Shown in pieces: positions 61,626 through 64,000 of a stretch of 64,000 bases of DNA. The stretch spans positions 20,026,001-20,090,000 of the forward strand of contig NC_043008.1 of assembly GCF_006345805.1 (NCBI RefSeq), read 5' to 3'. Source of the DNA: Octopus sinensis. Taxonomy: Eukaryota. How positions within the stretch are numbered: the first letter of the stretch is position 1; each line of letters begins with the position of its first letter. The translations under genes were made by a program, and so were the position numbers. The notes under the pieces are model-generated. The model was not told the DNA's origin. It worked only from the letters and a program-made list of their open reading frames with translations, and did not search any database.

Positions 61626-61876
61626 TATGTTGGCAACCATGTGTTTTGATATGTTCTGTGAATATAACATTGATGTTCCCAGAATTTGAGAATACAAAAG
61701 CAGAACCTTGAAGAATTAGCTACAGGTTGCGATGACATTTCTTTTGCGATTTTCAAACATAATGATGTGAAACAGATATAGAATTACAAACACTTATTTA
61801 TTCTTCTAAGCGAAAAATATATTTCAGCAAAGAAATATCAGCCGTTATCAAAACGTTTGTAATAGTCTTAACGCTA

Positions 61877-62297
61877 TACTCTTTACTCTTTTACTCTCTC
61901 TTTTACTTGTTTCAGTCATTTGACTGCGGCCATGCTGGAGCACCGCCTTTAGTCGAGCAAATAAACCCCAGGACTTATTCTTTGTAAGCCCAGTACTTAT
62001 TCTATCGGTCTCTTTTGCCGAACCGCTAAGTGACGGGGACGTAAACACACCAGCATCGGTTGTCAAGCAATGCTAGAGAGACAAACACAGACACACAAAC
62101 AAATACACACACATACATATATATATACATATATACGACAGGCTTCTTTCAGTTTCCGTCTACCAAATCCACTCACAAGGCATTGGTCGGCCCGGGGCTA
62201 TAGCAGAAGACATTTGCCCAAGATACCACGCAGTGGAACTGAACCCGGAACCATGTGGTTGGTTAGCAAGCTACTTACCACACAGCCACTCCTGCGC
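61877..62297 (-). mobile_element. SINE family A, full length
   Basis: Near-consensus copy with tactctttactctttt tail. Confidence 0.95.
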
Positions 62298-62399
62298 TAT
62301 GTGTAAATACATAAAATACACATGGTATTTAGAATTTTTTTCTTACCCAGAGTAACGGTCTACGACTTGATTATTTTTTAGGATAGGATATTTTACCAT

Positions 62400-62840
62400 A
62401 GGAGCAGGCGTGGTTCTATGTTAAGAAGTTTGCTTCCGCACCACAGGGCTCTGGGTTCAGTCAGTCCCACTACATGGAACCTTCGATTCTCGTATAAGCT
62501 CGGGATTTCCAGTGTCTTGTGAGTGGATGTGGTCGACGGAATCTGAAAGAGGCCTGTCGTATCTATACTTAGAAATACATAAAATGCACACACATCCACA
62601 CACACACACATACATGTGAATGTGTGTGTATGTTTGTCCCCCACCGTCTTCTGACTAACAACCACTGTTGGGGTGTTTACGTAGCTGTGATCTAGCGGTT
62701 CGGCTAAGTGACGGATAGAATTACTATCAGGCTTAAAATAAATGAATATGAACTGTGGTTGATTCGTTCGACTAAATTTCTTCTAGATGCTACCCCAGTA
62801 TGGCCGCAATATAATGGCTTAAACAAGTAAACCGTAAGAG
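62400..62840 (+). mobile_element. Older, diverged SINE family A copy
   Basis: ggagcaggcgtgg head, ctgggttcagtc B box, tgtttgtcccc, ctagcggttcggc, ccagtatggccgca, aaacaagtaaa. Confidence 0.8.
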
Positions 62841-63724
62841 ATCATCAGAGCAAATAATTCTCGTTATGTTGGGGAATTGCTGGGAAATCCAAGCAATCAA
62901 ACGAAAATAGGTGTATCACTAGACCAGTTACCTGAAACAGTATATGTGCTTCAGAAATACAGGCTATTTGACATTCAGTGTACATTTGCAGATCAAATGC
63001 GGGTCACAATTTTTGTAGCCCCTGGATAGACCCTGATTAAAAATTATATCCATTCTAACTAGCTTCCATATTTTCAAAGAATATATACGTAGGCTATACT
63101 ATAGGGTATAATCCTAAGACGTGTTAATAAAATTTGAAAAGCAATGATATATACTATGCATTTCACTTCATAGATATCGCCCTCAAAGGATACAAAATTT
63201 CTTCCCGTGATGTTGATATAATTTTAATCTAATTAAATACGATAAATTGTCAGTGCTAATTAAATCTCAAATTAGATGTACTTGGTTTCCTGCCGCATTC
63301 AGTAATATGAAGTAATCATCTACTGCACACAGCAATCATAAATAAGGCTAGCAGCGTAATGGATAGGTTAATTTTCATATTTATGATTTTGAGATTTCCT
63401 GATTAAATCAAACATCATAAGAAATACATTGATAGAAATATTTGAATATAAATTACGTATCCTCAAATACTCAATTATGTAAAATCATAAATGGTCTGTT
63501 GATAGACTCATTTACCCCCAGCTTCTCTTTCAATTGTGAAGCTCAAAAGTGTCTATAGAAATGATTCGGAAATACCAGGTTCACAAAGGTTAAACATACA
63601 TTTTTTAATATTCAAATCTGGTCTCCAATTCAAACATAAATATAGTCAATAGAAATAGTTTTCTTCATGTGCTGGGGATAGCAAAAATTTCCATTAAATC
63701 CAACTACCACATACATACTACGCA

Positions 63725-63756
63725 ACTATCTTTCTCTATCTATCTATCTATCTATC

Positions 63757-63816
<60 letters not shown>

Positions 63817-63935
63817 GTGTGTGTGTTTTTATGTGTGTGTATGTGTGTGTGAGTGTGTATGTGTGTGTGTATGTGTGTGTGAGTGTGTGTGTGTGTGTGT
63901 ATGTGTGTGTGTATGTGTGTGTGTGCATGTGTGTG
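63725..63935. repeat. (TATC)n/(TA)n/(TG)n compound microsatellite
   Basis: Directly visible. Confidence 0.95.
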
Positions 63936-64000
63936 TGATAAGATGGCAATCTCTCGTACTCCGAGAAAGACGCTTCTGTATTTTCTTACTGAGCAAACCT

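Overview
AT-rich eukaryotic non-coding DNA (intronic or intergenic), very probably from an octopus/coleoid cephalopod. This is inferred from the dense (TA)n/(TG)n/(GATA)n microsatellites and tRNA-derived SINE families typical of Octopus. There is no intact protein-coding gene, rRNA, true tRNA or CRISPR array, and nearly all listed ORFs are microsatellite, SINE or transposon artefacts. The window is a layered transposon landscape. It holds a structurally complete but frameshifted Penelope-like element (52104-56690; RT + GIY-YIG, ~880-bp direct pseudo-LTRs), a second PLE remnant, two R4/Dong-type RLE LINE remnants, an RTE 3' end with TSD, and a Ty3/Gypsy remnant with its 5' LTR. DNA transposons include two Merlin remnants, Tigger and Tc1/IS630 remnants, several MITEs and a probable Helitron. 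At least four SINE families are present (called A-D here). The most notable unexplained structure is a cluster of minimal hammerhead-ribozyme-like motifs around the Penelope copy. One has an intact core (58007-58041), and two are variant-core copies arranged back-to-back in a ~390-bp palindrome (51498-51884). Other observations include SINE-B nesting into its own head, a MITE carrying TTAGGG repeats, a pre-miRNA-sized hairpin and a possible two-exon tail of an unannotated gene. All calls were made by eye; coordinates of decayed elements are approximate.
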